64,000 bases of DNA. It comes from Eledone cirrhosa. Lineage: Eukaryota. Positions within the stretch are counted from its first letter, which is position 1; every line of letters begins with the position of its first letter. Position numbers and translations under genes: made by a program. Below the pieces are notes generated by a model. It searched no databases, was not told the DNA's origin, and saw only the letters and a list, made by a program, of their open reading frames with translations. Below, piece by piece: positions 1 to 12,948 of this stretch. The stretch is from positions 342,116,001 to 342,180,000 of the forward strand of contig OZ024741.1 of assembly GCA_964016885.1 (NCBI GenBank), written 5' to 3'.

Positions 1-330
1 ACCCACTACACATACATGTTGCTTGAGATGCACCAACACATTATATCTGTGTTTGTATATTTAAATGTAAGAACATGGCAAAGTTTCACATTAGATTTAA
101 AACGAAATAAAATATCCCTAAGCCAAACAATGTTGACCACTAAACAAATCCTTTAATCTTTTGTTGACACACCCTGCCCCTATTTTGGTATTCCCATTCC
201 ATCTCATTGCCATAACATTAGGAAATTTATTGATCTCCTTTGAGAATATTGGATTTGGGTGTTTATAACTTAGTTTTATTGATTCTTACAAATATATCAT
301 GTTTAATACATGTGTGTCTGTGTGAATGTG

Positions 331-411
<81 letters not shown>

Positions 412-1385
412 CATCATCATTTTTATGTTGACTTTTCCATGCTTACATTGGTTGGATGGGAGTCTTTGAGGCAATGTTTTATAGCCGGATACCCTTCCTG
501 ACAAAAACACTTTTTAATACCTTCTTATGACACACAGAGATACAGTGCACCTATTCTAAACTAGATGTACATATATTGTTGTGGTGGCCTCTGTGACTTT
601 GTCCCTTTAACCACAGTTTTCAATTTGTCATGCCATTTAATGTATGTTTATTACTCTAAGATGTAACTTATCGATTTATCAATATCTTCTTATTGAGTTC
701 TTCGTGCAAAGCTCCGAATATTGTTTCTTTCATTATGCTAGCCAAGTGCTGCAACTTCGATTTTACTAGCTTCCACTCTTATATATATTACTCTCTCGGC
801 TTATCACCTTCTTTTGCATATTGCCTTTAGAGAATTGTGGCAATGAGTTGCATGATTTAAGATTAGTACTGATGTCACAATAAAATGCCCCCAATGCACT
901 CTGTAAAGCTGTTAACAGTTGAACAGAAACAGCATAGAGTTGAGAGTACCCATTAGTTCTTCTGAGGACACATCACCGTCTCTAATGCTTGTGCCACAAT
1001 AAAATACACCCAGTACACTCTGTAAAACAGTTAGCAGTTGAACAGAAACATCATAGAATTGAGAGTACCCATTAGTCCATGTATGGGCAACTCTTTTTGA
1101 TCAGTCAGCCGCATAGTATGTGCTTCATCTTAAGGTGGACCACACAACTAAAATGGGCCACACAACTACAAAAATTCAGGGCAATTTTGAAATTAAACAT
1201 GTTTTCAGAAAGCCAAACGGGCCATAGTTTTCCCATGACTACTTCAGTCCTTCTGAGGACACTTCACCTTCTCTAGTGCTGGTGCCACAATACAATGCAC
1301 CCAGTACACTATATAAATAGTTGGCATTAGGAAGAGCATCCAATGGTAGAACTGTGTAGCCCTCTGAAAAATAATGATGATGATG

Positions 1386-1426
<41 letters not shown>

Positions 1427-1566
1427 GAGCTAGCCTTCAAAGAAACAACACCACGCGTTCAGCCGGCCCCCTGTATCATGAAAAGAAAATCTTTTTCGGG
1501 GAAATTATTGGATTTTTCCAAATTTAAAGGTTTCTTAGGAACTTTCAATGTTTATTTTAGGTTTTA

Positions 1567-1624
1567 CCGTCTGAAGAGCTCAGGCTATCATAACTGATAG
1601 TCCTCAGTGAAATATGTATAACAG
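1567..1624 (+). ncRNA. Minimal type-I hammerhead ribozyme motif (Penelope-associated type)
   Basis: ccgt-CTGAAGA-gctcaggctatca(taac)tgatagtcctcagt-GAAA-T(ATGT)A-TA-acag. Core intact, long stem II, weak stem I. Confidence 0.7.
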
Positions 1625-1686
1625 AGTTTAATCAACTGAATATGGCCGCCAATCTTTTATTAATATATATATTTATATATATATAT

Positions 1687-2024
1687 ATATAAATTTAAAT
1701 AATTTTAAAAGCCATACAATGCATTAGAAAATTAAAGATACCAAGATAACGATAGAATCTTACCTTAGCAAATTGAACCATCCCAAATATTTTAGGGTTT
1801 AAAAACCTATTATCAAGGGAGTATCCCTGTGAAAGTCTTCCTAGCAATAGCTCATCTCTGACCGATCTTTTAAGATCTTCACTGGAATACTACCTTAATA
1901 ATGGGTTTGAAAACCCAAAAATATTTGGGAAAGTTAAATTTGCTAAGGTAAGATTCTATCGTTATCTTAGCACCTTTAATTTTCTAATGCATTATATGGT
2001 TTTTAAAATTATTTTAATTTATAT
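1687..2024. repeat. Imperfect inverted repeat, ~150-bp arms, ~30-bp spacer
   Basis: Left arm (...aatgcattagaaaattaaag...aagataacgatagaatcttaccttagcaaatt...) is the reverse complement of 1872-2024 with scattered mismatches. Confidence 0.9.
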
Positions 2025-2072
2025 TGCCAATTCAATAATGCTTCAAGCAAACTACAACACTCCGTTATATAT

Positions 2073-5000
2073 ATCATCATCATCATCATCATCATCATTT
2101 TACGTCCGCTTTTCCCTGCTTGTAAGGGTGGGATGGGTCCTATTCAGCACAGCATCTCTCCACTTGTCCCGGTCCTTCATCATCACCACCTTCGTCCATG
2201 TTTTTCATGGTCTACTTCTACCACATCTTCCTTCAACTGGCATTTCCTGGCACTTCTTCACCCATTGGTCATCCTTCATGCGCATAACATGTCCATACCA
2301 TCGCAGTCTCCTCTCTCGCACACTACAATCTATCCCTCTCAGACACAGTTTCTCTCTCATCCATGCTCGGTCATTCACGCACATCAACATTGCACATCCA
2401 ACGGAGCATGTTTGCCTCATTTCTATCCAGCCGTCGCATATCCTCTGCAGTTGCTGCCCATGTCTCACTACCATGCAGCATCGCGCTCCTCACACAGGCA
2501 TCATATAACCGGCCTTTCATACACAGGGAGAAACCCTTCTTCGTCAGCAGAGGAAGCAGCTCCCTAAACTTCTTCCAACCCGTCCTTATTCTAGATACTA
2601 TGGCCTTGGAACACCCCCCTCCCATGCTAATCTATCTCCTAGGTACCGGAAACTATCTCGGCTTATCACCTTCTTAGTACCCACCTGCATTTGAAAAATG
2701 TGTCTACCAATGCGACTTCTACTGTCTAATTTCCCTGTACATCTACTGCATACATATTTCTCCCTACCTGTTAGTTTGCCTGCTATCCTGCTACATCTCT
2801 TGTGTACCCAAGATCTGCATTGTATGCATTTTATAGAATTTATACCAGTTCCTTTTCTGCATATCGAACATGGTCATTTCCCTGACGGAATCATAGTTTT
2901 GTCCTCTTTTCTACTCATCAACACTTTTGTCTTAGCTAGGTTCACTCTCAGTCCTCTTGCTTCCAATTGCTGTTGCCATAGCCAGAATTTATTCTCTAGC
3001 TCCTCTACTGATTCTGCTATAAGAACCAGATCGTCAGCATAGAGAAGTTCCCATGGACAGCCAGTCTTAAACTCCACTGTTATGGCTTGGAGGACTATAA
3101 CGAACAAGAGCGGGCTGAGGACCGAACCTTGATGTACTCCTACTTGTATCTGGAATTCCTCACTAAACTCCATTCCTACCCTCACTTTACTGACAGCACC
3201 ACTGTACAAAGTTTGCACTGTCCTCACAAGCCATTCCTCAACACCTAGTTTCCTTAGGGACCACCAGATGACAGATCGAGGTACCCTATCAAAGGCCTTC
3301 TCTAAGTCAACAAAGGCTAAGTATAGTGGCTTATTCTTCTCTAAGAACGTCTTTTGTAATTGTCTCACCAAGAAGAGGGAATCTGTTGTACTTTTCTGAG
3401 GCACAAAACCAAACTGCATCTCATCTAGTTTGACCCTTTCTCTAATTAGTTGTGCTAATATCCTTTATACCACTTTCATAACCTGATCCATCAGTTTTAT
3501 ACCCCTATAATTGCTCCTCTCCAGAGCATCCCCTTTACCTTTGTAGCAATTTATGAGAATACTGCTGCACCAGTCTTTGGGTATGACACTGCCATATATA
3601 GCCTGATTGATGATGCGTGCAACCAGTTTAGTGCCTATGTCCCCTAATACCTTCAGCATCTCAGCAACTATCCCCGACGGTCCAGCGGCCTGACCATTTT
3701 TCATTTCCTTAATCGCCTCTTGGACCCTATATTCGTCAATCTCAATAGCTGGTTCCTCTGTCAGATCTACTGAGGGTAATTTCTCTCTCTCCCATTCGTT
3801 CTCCACATTCATCAGTCTCTCATAATGACATTTCCAGGCCTCCTTTTTCTGATCATTCGTGACACTAAGTACACCGGCATCATTCCGGACACATTTATCT
3901 CCAACAACATCCTGATTTGCATTGACACACTGCCTTGCAATGTGGAACACTGTACGTCTCTGATCTTCCCATCACAGAACATTGACAAACCTCCTACTCT
4001 CAGCCTCCCTGCGTGCTAAGTACACCTGACATCTAGTTTCTCTCTTAGCGGCTGTATATCCTTCTCTACTCCCACCCTTTTTCCAAGCCTTCCATGCTAG
4101 TCTTTTGTCTCTAATGGCCTTATCTACCATGCTGTTCCACCACCAGGTCACTCTCTGTCTGGTTGGAGCTCTGCTCCAGCCACAAGTTTCATCAGTAGCC
4201 TGCAGTAAGTTGTCACATAAGAAATTCCAGTTATCATCTATGTCACACGACTCTAAATCGTCTTCTTTTTCGTCATACACATCTTGAAGGGCTTTCCTAA
4301 ATTTGTATTTTAGTGAAAGGTCTTTTAGCTTCCAGGCCTTTCTTCTCCACACTTTCCTGTATGTCTCATTCCGTCTCTTGCTTACTGAGATATCACTAAC
4401 GACTAACCTATGCTGTGGGGTACATTCTTCCCCAGGGTATGCCTTGGTATTTGACACCATCTGCCTGTCCCGCTGCCTAACTAGTAAGAAGTCAATCTGG
4501 CTTATGTGCCCGCCTGATTTGTAGGTTATTAGGTGGTTGACAGGTTTCTGGAAGTTAGTGTTGCAAATGGTTAGTGTACTTGCATCACAAAATTCAAGAA
4601 GTCTCACTCCTTCATTTCTTGAGTCGTAACCGTGCCCACCATGTACCCCAGTGTAACCATCCTGGAGCTGTCCAACATGACCATTGAAGTCCCCTGCTAG
4701 CATAACGATGTCTCCATCCTCTGTCGTTGCAGCTGTTTGTAAAAGTTGCTCGTAAAAGCAGTCTTTCTCTTCTTTAACTAGGCCTGCCTGGGGAGCATAG
4801 GCAGAGATGATTGTCAGTAGTCTCCTGCCTACAACTAATCTAAGCTTAATTATTCTATTATTAACTCGAACTACCTCTATTGTCTTATCAATACATCTCT
4901 CAGCCAGGAAAATGCCTACTCCCCCTAACCCATCATCCTTAACTACCCAGAAAAGCTTATAACTAAGATGTTTGCCTGCGATTAGTCTTGCAGGGGCACC

Positions 5001-5450
5001 TCTCCATCTCACCTCTTGCACGCAGTACACATCCACATGTATTCTCTCCAGCATCTCCACTATTTCACCAGATCTACCTGTGAGAGTGCCAACATTAAGT
5101 GTTGCAACTCTGAGATGTGACGTCTTCATATTCTTGTTCCTTTTCCTGTAGTGTGATTGCTTGAAGACGGTCGGGGGGTTCTCGCACATGGCCACACCAG
5201 CCACCCCACTACCGTGCGCAGCCCTAACATGGTTAGTGTTACTGCTGTTTACGCAGTTATTGCGATATATATTTGTTATTGTGCTCATAATTGTTTTGGC
5301 ATTAATACACTGCTTGGATGCCCTTCCTAACACCAGTGCCACTTTACAGCATTGACTGGGTGCTTTTATTCGTGCCACCAGCACTAGAGAGGATGTCTTA
5401 CTGGACTCATGGGCCCTCTCTATCCCTCCATTTTACAGCATGGTCATAAC
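2073..5450 (-). mobile_element. Near full-length RTE-clade LINE (APE endonuclease + RT + PHD insert), disrupted by stops and frameshifts
   Basis: ORF pieces 3972-5384 (LNVGTL, VQEVRW, AGDFNGHVG, QIDFLL), 3465-3950, 2874-3419 ([25 protein letters not shown]), 2205-2625 (LRWYGHVMR); (GAT)n tail. Confidence 0.95.
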
Positions 5451-5489
5451 AATAATAACAATAATAATAACACTATTAATAATTATTAA

Positions 5490-5757
5490 TTAATGCAATC
5501 GTGCAATGCCTCTGCGTGAAGAATATTTTTAAAGTGAGGAAAGACTGTGCACTGAGCCAATCCCACTCTCTGAGCAACAGTAGCTATAACCATCGGTAAC
5601 TACTGAGACGCAGGTTTTATGTCGGAGTTAATCCAGTTTCCTGAGATGCCTTCTCTTCTCCTAGAAGAATGCCCTGACAAGGGCTGGGGGTCCTTCACTC
5701 CCAGTGGTTTAACTGTGTGATTGGCTATCCAGCCCGATTATTTCTATGTCCCGCGCA
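5490..5757 (-). mobile_element. Short RTE-5'UTR-like repeat related to 16965-17560
   Basis: Shares gacccc..agcc.ttgtca.ggca...ttctaggagaag and agagagtggga.tggct..gtgca blocks with the element at 17.2-17.4 kb. Confidence 0.5.
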
Positions 5758-5769
5758 AAAAAAAAAAAG

Positions 5770-5975
5770 ATAATAATAATAATAATTGTTTCTACTTTAG
5801 GCACAAGGCCAGCAAATTACCCAGTGCATTACTGATACTTTATTTTATCGACCCCGTAAGGATGAAAGGCAAAGTCAACCTCGGCGGGATTTGAACTCAG
5901 ATCGTAAAGGGACGTAACTATGCTGGAAGGCATGGCGTCCGACCCTCTACCGATACTGCCAATCCACCGCCCTTT
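5770..5975 (-). mobile_element. tRNA-derived SINE (dominant family in the window)
   Basis: Head ggcggtggattggcagtatcggtagag with B-box GAGTTCAAATCC, body gactttgcctttcatcc...gtcgataaaataaagta, (ATT)n tail. Confidence 0.85.
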
Positions 5976-6069
5976 AATAATAATAATAATAATCACTTAT
6001 TGACACTAATACGTACGACACACACACTCACTTACACACCAACACTCATGCATACAAACACACACACAT

Positions 6070-7317
6070 GCCAAGACTAAGGTCCTTATAAGTAGACGAG
6101 AAAACAGAACCCAGATCCCCTCAGGGAAATGGCCTTGCTCAGTATGTAGGAAAGGTGTAGGTAGGAACTCCATTCTCTGCCCCAAATGCAAACAATGGGT
6201 ACACAAGAGATGTAGCGGGATCTCAGGAAGCTTAATTAAGAATGTAGGATTCACATGCAGCAGCTGTGCTGAAACAGCAAGCAAACAGCCACAGGAAACA
6301 AGTACCACCAATCTCTGGGAGGGCCCTGTAGAAACAGTAGACAGCTTCTGCTACCTAGGTGACCGAATTAGCAACGGAGGTGGGTGCTCAGAAAGTACAA
6401 TAACTAGGGTAAGAACGGGATGGAAGAAGTTTAGGGAACTACTACCACTGCTAGCTGCAAAAGGCTTCTCCCTCAGAATGAAAGGCAGACTGTATGATGC
6501 GTGTATCCGAACAGCGATGTTGCATGGTAGTGAGACCTGGGCGCTGAAGGTGGAAGACTTACGTAGATTAGAGAGAAACGAAGCCTGCATGCTCCGATGG
6601 ATGTGTAACAGTAATATACGTGAACGACAAAGCATAAAGGAATTGAGAGAGAGACTGAGCATAAGAGGAATCAAATGCTGCGTGCAGGAGAGGTGGTTAC
6701 GCTGGTATGGACATGTGATGCGTATGAAGGATGACAGCTGCATAAAAAGGTGCAGAGCACTAGAAGTTGATGGAAACCGCGGAGTGGGGAGACCCAAGAT
6801 GACTTGGGATGAGGTGATAAAAGCCGACCTTACCCAACTACACCTCTCAAAGTCAATGACACACGACCGTGACTTCTGGCGTCACGCAGTAATACAGGGT
6901 ACCCGACCTCCCATGGGTACATGCTGAAGCATATAAACAATATGCCCCTCCCCCCCCACCGCAAGGTGGTCGTGGAGGTGCCACGGCAAAAAAGCACCCA
7001 GCCCACACTGTAAAGTGGACGTGTAGGCGCCACGAAAAAGCACCCAGCACTCACTCGTGGAGGTGCCACGGCAAAAAAGCACCCAGCCCACACTGTAAAG
7101 TGGACGTGTAGGCGCCACGAAAAAGCACCCAGCACTCACTGTAAATGAGGTTGGTGTTAGGAAGGGCATCCAGCTGTAGAAATCAAGCCAGATCAGTTCC
7201 TGTATGAGCAAGGCATGGTCAGCCGACCAGACACTGCCCACAACAGGACAACCCGTCTAACCCATGCTAGCGTGGAAGAACGGACGTAAAACGGTGATGA
7301 TGATGATGATGATGATG
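6070..7317 (+). mobile_element. 5'-truncated RTE LINE (PHD insert, RT C-terminus, repeat-bearing 3'UTR, (GAT)n tail)
   Basis: ORF 6478-6927 LHGSETW/LRWYGHVMR/GRP; inserted in a compound CA repeat present on both flanks. Confidence 0.92.
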
Positions 7318-7485
7318 CCACTCACACACACTCACACACCAACACTCATGCATACAAACACACACACGCCACTCACACACACACTCACTCACACACCAAC
7401 ACTCATGCATACAAACACACACACCACTCACACACACACACACACTCACTCACATACCAACACTCATGCATACAAACACACACAC

Positions 7486-7555
<70 letters not shown>

Positions 7556-7930
7556 GATATATTACCATATATGTATATATATGTATATATATATATATAT
7601 ATATATAAGCGCCATTGAAATAAATGAGAATGTACCTAACCCATTGTGTAATAATGTAATAAATATCAAAGGGAGATAATAAATCCAAATAACTACATAG
7701 TAACAACAACTATAATAACTCTACTATATAGTAACAACAATAACAACAACAACACCTACTACATAGTTACAGCAACAACAACAACATCTACTACATAGTA
7801 ACAGCAACAACAACAACATCTACTACATAGTAACAAAAACAAGATCAACAACAACAACAACATAAAACTAACCAACAGGAATTAATGTGTATTTTTGCAT
7901 GCTATGATTAAGGAAATCAAATTATAGTGC

Positions 7931-9159
7931 ACCATCACCACCATCATCACCATCACCATCACCACCATCATCATCACCACCATCATCACCATCACCATTA
8001 CCACCATCATCACCATCATCACCACCATCACCATCACCACCATCACCACCATCATCACCACCATCACCATCACCACCATCACCACCATTATCACCACCAT
8101 CATCACCACCATCACCATCACCACCATCATCACCATCATCACCACCATCACCATCACCACCATCACCATCATCACCACCATCATCACCACCATCATCATC
8201 ACCACCATCACCACCATCATCACCACCATCATCACCACCATCATCATCATCACCACCATCACCACCATCATCACCACCATCATCACCACCATCATCATCA
8301 CCACCATCACCACCACCATCATCACCACCATCATCACCACCATCATCATCATCACCACCATCACCACCATCATCACCACCATCACCATCACCATCATCAC
8401 CACCATCATCATCATCACCACCATCACCACCATCATCACCACCATCATCACCACCATCACCATCATCACCATCATCACCACCATCACCATCACCATCATC
8501 ATCACCACCATCATCATCATCACCACCATCACCACCATCATCACCACCATCACCATCACCATCATCACCACCATCATCATCATCACCACCATCACCACCA
8601 TCATCACCACCATCATCACCATCATCACCATCATCACCATCATCACCACCATCACCATCACCATCATCACCACCATCATCACCACCATCACCATCACCAT
8701 CACCACCATCACCACCATCACCACCACCACCATCACCATCATCACCACCATCATCATCATCACCACCATCATCACCATCATCATCACCATCATTATTATC
8801 ACCACCATCATCACCATCATCACCACCATCATCGCCACCATCATTATCATCACCACCACCATCACCATCATCACCACCATCATCACCACCATCACCACCA
8901 CCACCACCATCATCATCACCATCACCACCATCATCATCATCATCATCATCATCATCACCATCATCACCATCATCACCACCATCATTATCACCACCATCAT
9001 CACCACCATCATCATCATCACCACTATCATCACCACCATCATCATCATCACCATCATCTTCACCACCATCACCACCACCACCACCATCACCACCATCATC
9101 ACCATCATCATCCCCACCACCATCATCACCACCATCAAAATCCTCATCATCGTCGTCGG

Positions 9160-9190
<31 letters not shown>
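7931..9190. repeat. 1.26-kb mixed (CAT/CAC)n trinucleotide array
   Basis: In-register CAY triplets; explains the poly-His, M/V and G/D ORFs. Confidence 0.97.
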
Positions 9191-12100
9191 TTCAACGTTT
9201 AACATCTATCTTCCACTCTAGCATCGGTTTAGACAGGAATTGTCCCACTTGAGGCAAGGTTGGTTGGGTGACCATGTCTTGCTCGTATAAGACTGTCTGG
9301 CAGCTTTTCTACAGCTGGATGCCCTTCCTAACACCAACCACATTTACAGTGTGGAACTGGGAGGTTTTTACCGTGTTACCTACATGGCCACATTACAGCG
9401 TGGACTGTGTGTTTTGTCGTGACACCTACACAACCTCATTTATTTTGGACTGGATGTTGTGGTACCAACATAACTTTACAGAGAGAGGGTGGTGTTGGTG
9501 AGAGTGGGAGTGGGGTGGTGTAGTGATAGTGGGATGGGGTATATATTTGGTTAAGAGGTGCCTACTGACTGTAGGTTTCGCTTCGTACATAGCCAAGGCG
9601 GGTCTTCTATATTACTGTGTAGCGCCAAAGATCTCGGTCCAGTGACATTGTCTTAGAGAGGTGTGTGTAAGGTCGGAATTTATCAAATCGTGCCAGGTTT
9701 TTGTGGGTTTACCTACTCCGTAACTTCCATCAATTTTGATCGCCCTGCACTTTTTTATACAGCTGTCGTCTTTCATGCGCATCACGTGACCATACCAACA
9801 TAGTCTTCTCTCAAGTAAACAGCATCTGATCCCTCTTATTCCTAATTTCTCACTTAGTTCATTTATGCTTTGCCGTTCGCATATATTACTATTACACATC
9901 CAACGGAGGATGCATGCTTCGTTCCTCTCCAGTCTGCGCAGATCCTCTGCACAGAATGCCCAAGTCTCACCGCCATGTAACATTGCTGTTCGTATGCAGG
10001 CACCATACAGCCTGCCTTTCATTTTTAGAGAGAAACCTTAGTGGCCAACAGCGGTATAAGCTCTCTGAACTTTGTCCATCCCGTTCTGACTCTGGCTACT
10101 GTACTTTCAGAGCAACCTCCACCTCTGCTGATTTCGTCACCCAGGTAATGGAAGGTGTCCGCTATTTCTATAGAACCATCTAGGCAATAGAAGGAGCTAG
10201 TATCCTGTGGGCACTTGCTACTTATTGCACCTGAGCATCGGCCACATATAAAATCTACGTTCTTAGATAGCTTACCTGTGATCCTACTACATCTTTTATG
10301 TACCCATAGTTTGCATTTGGGACATAAAATGAAATTTCTGCCTATTCCTTTCCTACACACTGAGCATGGCCATTTCCCAGAGGAGACCTGTGCCCTATTT
10401 TCCTTTCTAACTAGTAGAACTTTAGTCTTAGACAAGTTAACTTTAAGGCCTTTTGATTCTTGGCCTTGCTTCCATGTTTGGAATTTTTCTTTAGTTCAGC
10501 CATTGATTCAGCTATGAGAGTTAGATCATCAGCATATAGAAGTTCCCATGAGCAGCTGGTCTTGAACTCCTCTGTTATAGCCTGAAGGGCAATAATAAAT
10601 AGGACAGAGCCTTGATGAACACCAACTTTTACACTAAATTCTTCACTATATTCGTTGTTAATTCTAACCTTGCTGACTGTTTCTTTATACATGGCTTGTA
10701 TAGCTCTCACAAGCCATTTATCAACACCTAGTTTTCTAAGAGCCCACCAGATAATGGAGCGGGGGACTCTGTCAAAGGCTTTCTCCAAGTCAACAAAAGC
10801 TAAGTATAGGGGTTTACTTTTAACTAGGTACTTCTCCTGTAGTTGTCGTACAATGAAAAGAGCGTCTGTGGCACACAAACCCAAACTGCATTTCATCTAG
10901 ATCAATTCACTCTCTGATTAGTTGCGCTATAACTCTTTCTGTGACCTTCATGACTTGGTCAACTAATTTAATGCCTCTGTAGTTTCTCCCTATCTAGAGT
11001 ATATCCTTTACCCTTGTAGCAGTTAATTATGATGCTGCTACGCCAGTCATTTGGTATGACCCCATTCTGTATGACTTGGCTTACTATCCGGGAGACCATA
11101 GTGTGTCCCACCATTCCAGATGCTTTCAGCATTTCAGCAATTATCTCCGAAGGCCCAGCTGCCTTGCCTGTCTTCATATCTTTGATTGCCTTACTAATCA
11201 TATTACCTTTAACTTGCACTGCTGGTCCCTCTAGTGGATTGATTTGAGGCAGACTATCTTTTTCCCATTTATTCTCTTCATTTAGTAGTCTCTCATAGTG
11301 ACACTTTCAAGCTACCTTCTTATCAGCATCAGTGATGGCAAGTACACCATTATCATTACGGACACACTTCTCCCCGACAATATCACCGTTTTCCTTAACA
11401 CATTGTCTTGCAATCCTGAACACCTCACGTTTTTGGTCCTCGTGTTGTAGAACATGCTTGAACTTTCTTTCCTCTGCTTCCCTTCTTGCAAAGTACACTT
11501 GTCTCCTAGCTTCTCTCCTGGCCACTTCATAGTGTTCTCTACTTCCCCCATCCCGCCATGCTTTCCAAGCCTGCTTTTTGGCCTTGATTGACTCCTCCAC
11601 CTTACTGTTCCACCACCAAGTTACTCTCCTCCTTCCTATAGGTCTGCTCCAGCCACAGATTTCATCTGTCGCCTTCAGCAGGTTAACTTTCAGGAATTCC
11701 CACTGTTCCTCTATATTGTACGTCTCTAATTGCTCTTCCTTACTGTCAAAAACATCAAGTAATATACTTTTAAATTTATTACTGGCTGTGGGGTCCTTTA
11801 ACTTCCATATTCTTCTTCTCAGGGTAGTCCTCCTCTGTTGTCGAGTACATCTATTCCTGACTATGAGGTCACTAACTATGAGGCTATGTTGGGAGGTGCA
11901 TTCTTCACGGGGGAGGGATTTAGTATTTACAACAGACACTTTGTCACGTCTTCTGGTAAGGATATAATCTATCTGACTGGCGTGTTCCCCTGATCTATAG
12001 GTGATCAAGTGATTGTCTCGTTTTTTGAAGTTTGTGTTACAGGTAGTTAGGTTATTAGCGTCACAGAATTCCAGGATTCTGGAGCCTTCCTCATTTCTAA

Positions 12101-12690
12101 AACCAAACCCATCGCCTCCATGGATTCCGTCATAGCCATCACAATGTTGTCCAACATGACCATTTAGGTCGCCAGCAATAATTATGTAGTCACTGTTGGT
12201 TATTTGGGAGGTAGTGAGCATTAGCGACTCATAGAATCTGTCTTTTATAACGCCAGGCAGTCCAGATTTGGGTGCGTGAGCGGATATTATTATCACAGTA
12301 ATTCTATTTAGGACTAGTCTTATTTTAATTATTCTGTCGTTCACTCTATTTACGGCAATTACCTTATCTACCCATTTTTCTGCTAACATAATTCCTACCC
12401 CACCCAACCCATTGTCATTTCCCACCCAGAAAAGTTTATAGCATCATTTTTTACCCACAATGAATCTAGCAGACCCACCCTCCACCTAGTCTCTTGAACA
12501 CAACAAACATCAACTTCCTTAGGTTCAAGCATCTGTACAACCTCATTTGAGCGACCTTTTAAAGTGCCTACATTCATGGTACCAACTCTGAAATTTTAGA
12601 TTTTATTGGGTGGGTGGAAGGGATGGGCTGGAGGCGCAGGGAGGGGTGAGGGAGACGAGGTTATGTTAGCCATCCGTGTCTGAAATAAAG
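9161..12690 (-). mobile_element. Near full-length RTE LINE, second subfamily, frameshifted
   Basis: ORF pieces 12395-12577 and 11307-12425 (endonuclease), 10968-11219, 10411-10896 (RT YADD), 10025-10435 (PHD), 9612-10022; the tail merges into the CAT/CAC array. Confidence 0.95.
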
Positions 12691-12948
12691 ACAAGTCCTT
12701 GCATTCTTGTCCGGCAACAGGAGGTGAATTTATCTTTATCTTTGACATTGTCATTGAGTGTTCAGATTCTTCAGAGTCTCCAAATTCTGTAGTCCATCTA
12801 GCACATCGGAAAGCAACCAGGTCTAAACTTAAGGAGTAATAGCCAAGGCGGTGGTTTTGTGAAAGAGATTGGTAAGAGAAACATATTATAAGCCACTGAA
12901 TTATGATTGGACCAAATAGTAATGGTGACGTGTGGGGGCGGGGGGATG

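Noticed and set aside
3972-5384. Host gene or active LINE from the 470-aa ORF
   Set aside because: It is the RTE endonuclease region; the ORF stops before the RT and downstream pieces carry stops and frameshifts.
7882-9252. 430-440-aa poly-His, Gly/Asp and Met/Val ORFs as real genes
   Set aside because: Open frames are an automatic result of stop-free CAY triplets; there are no splice signals or unique coding flanks, and the array is joined to a LINE tail.
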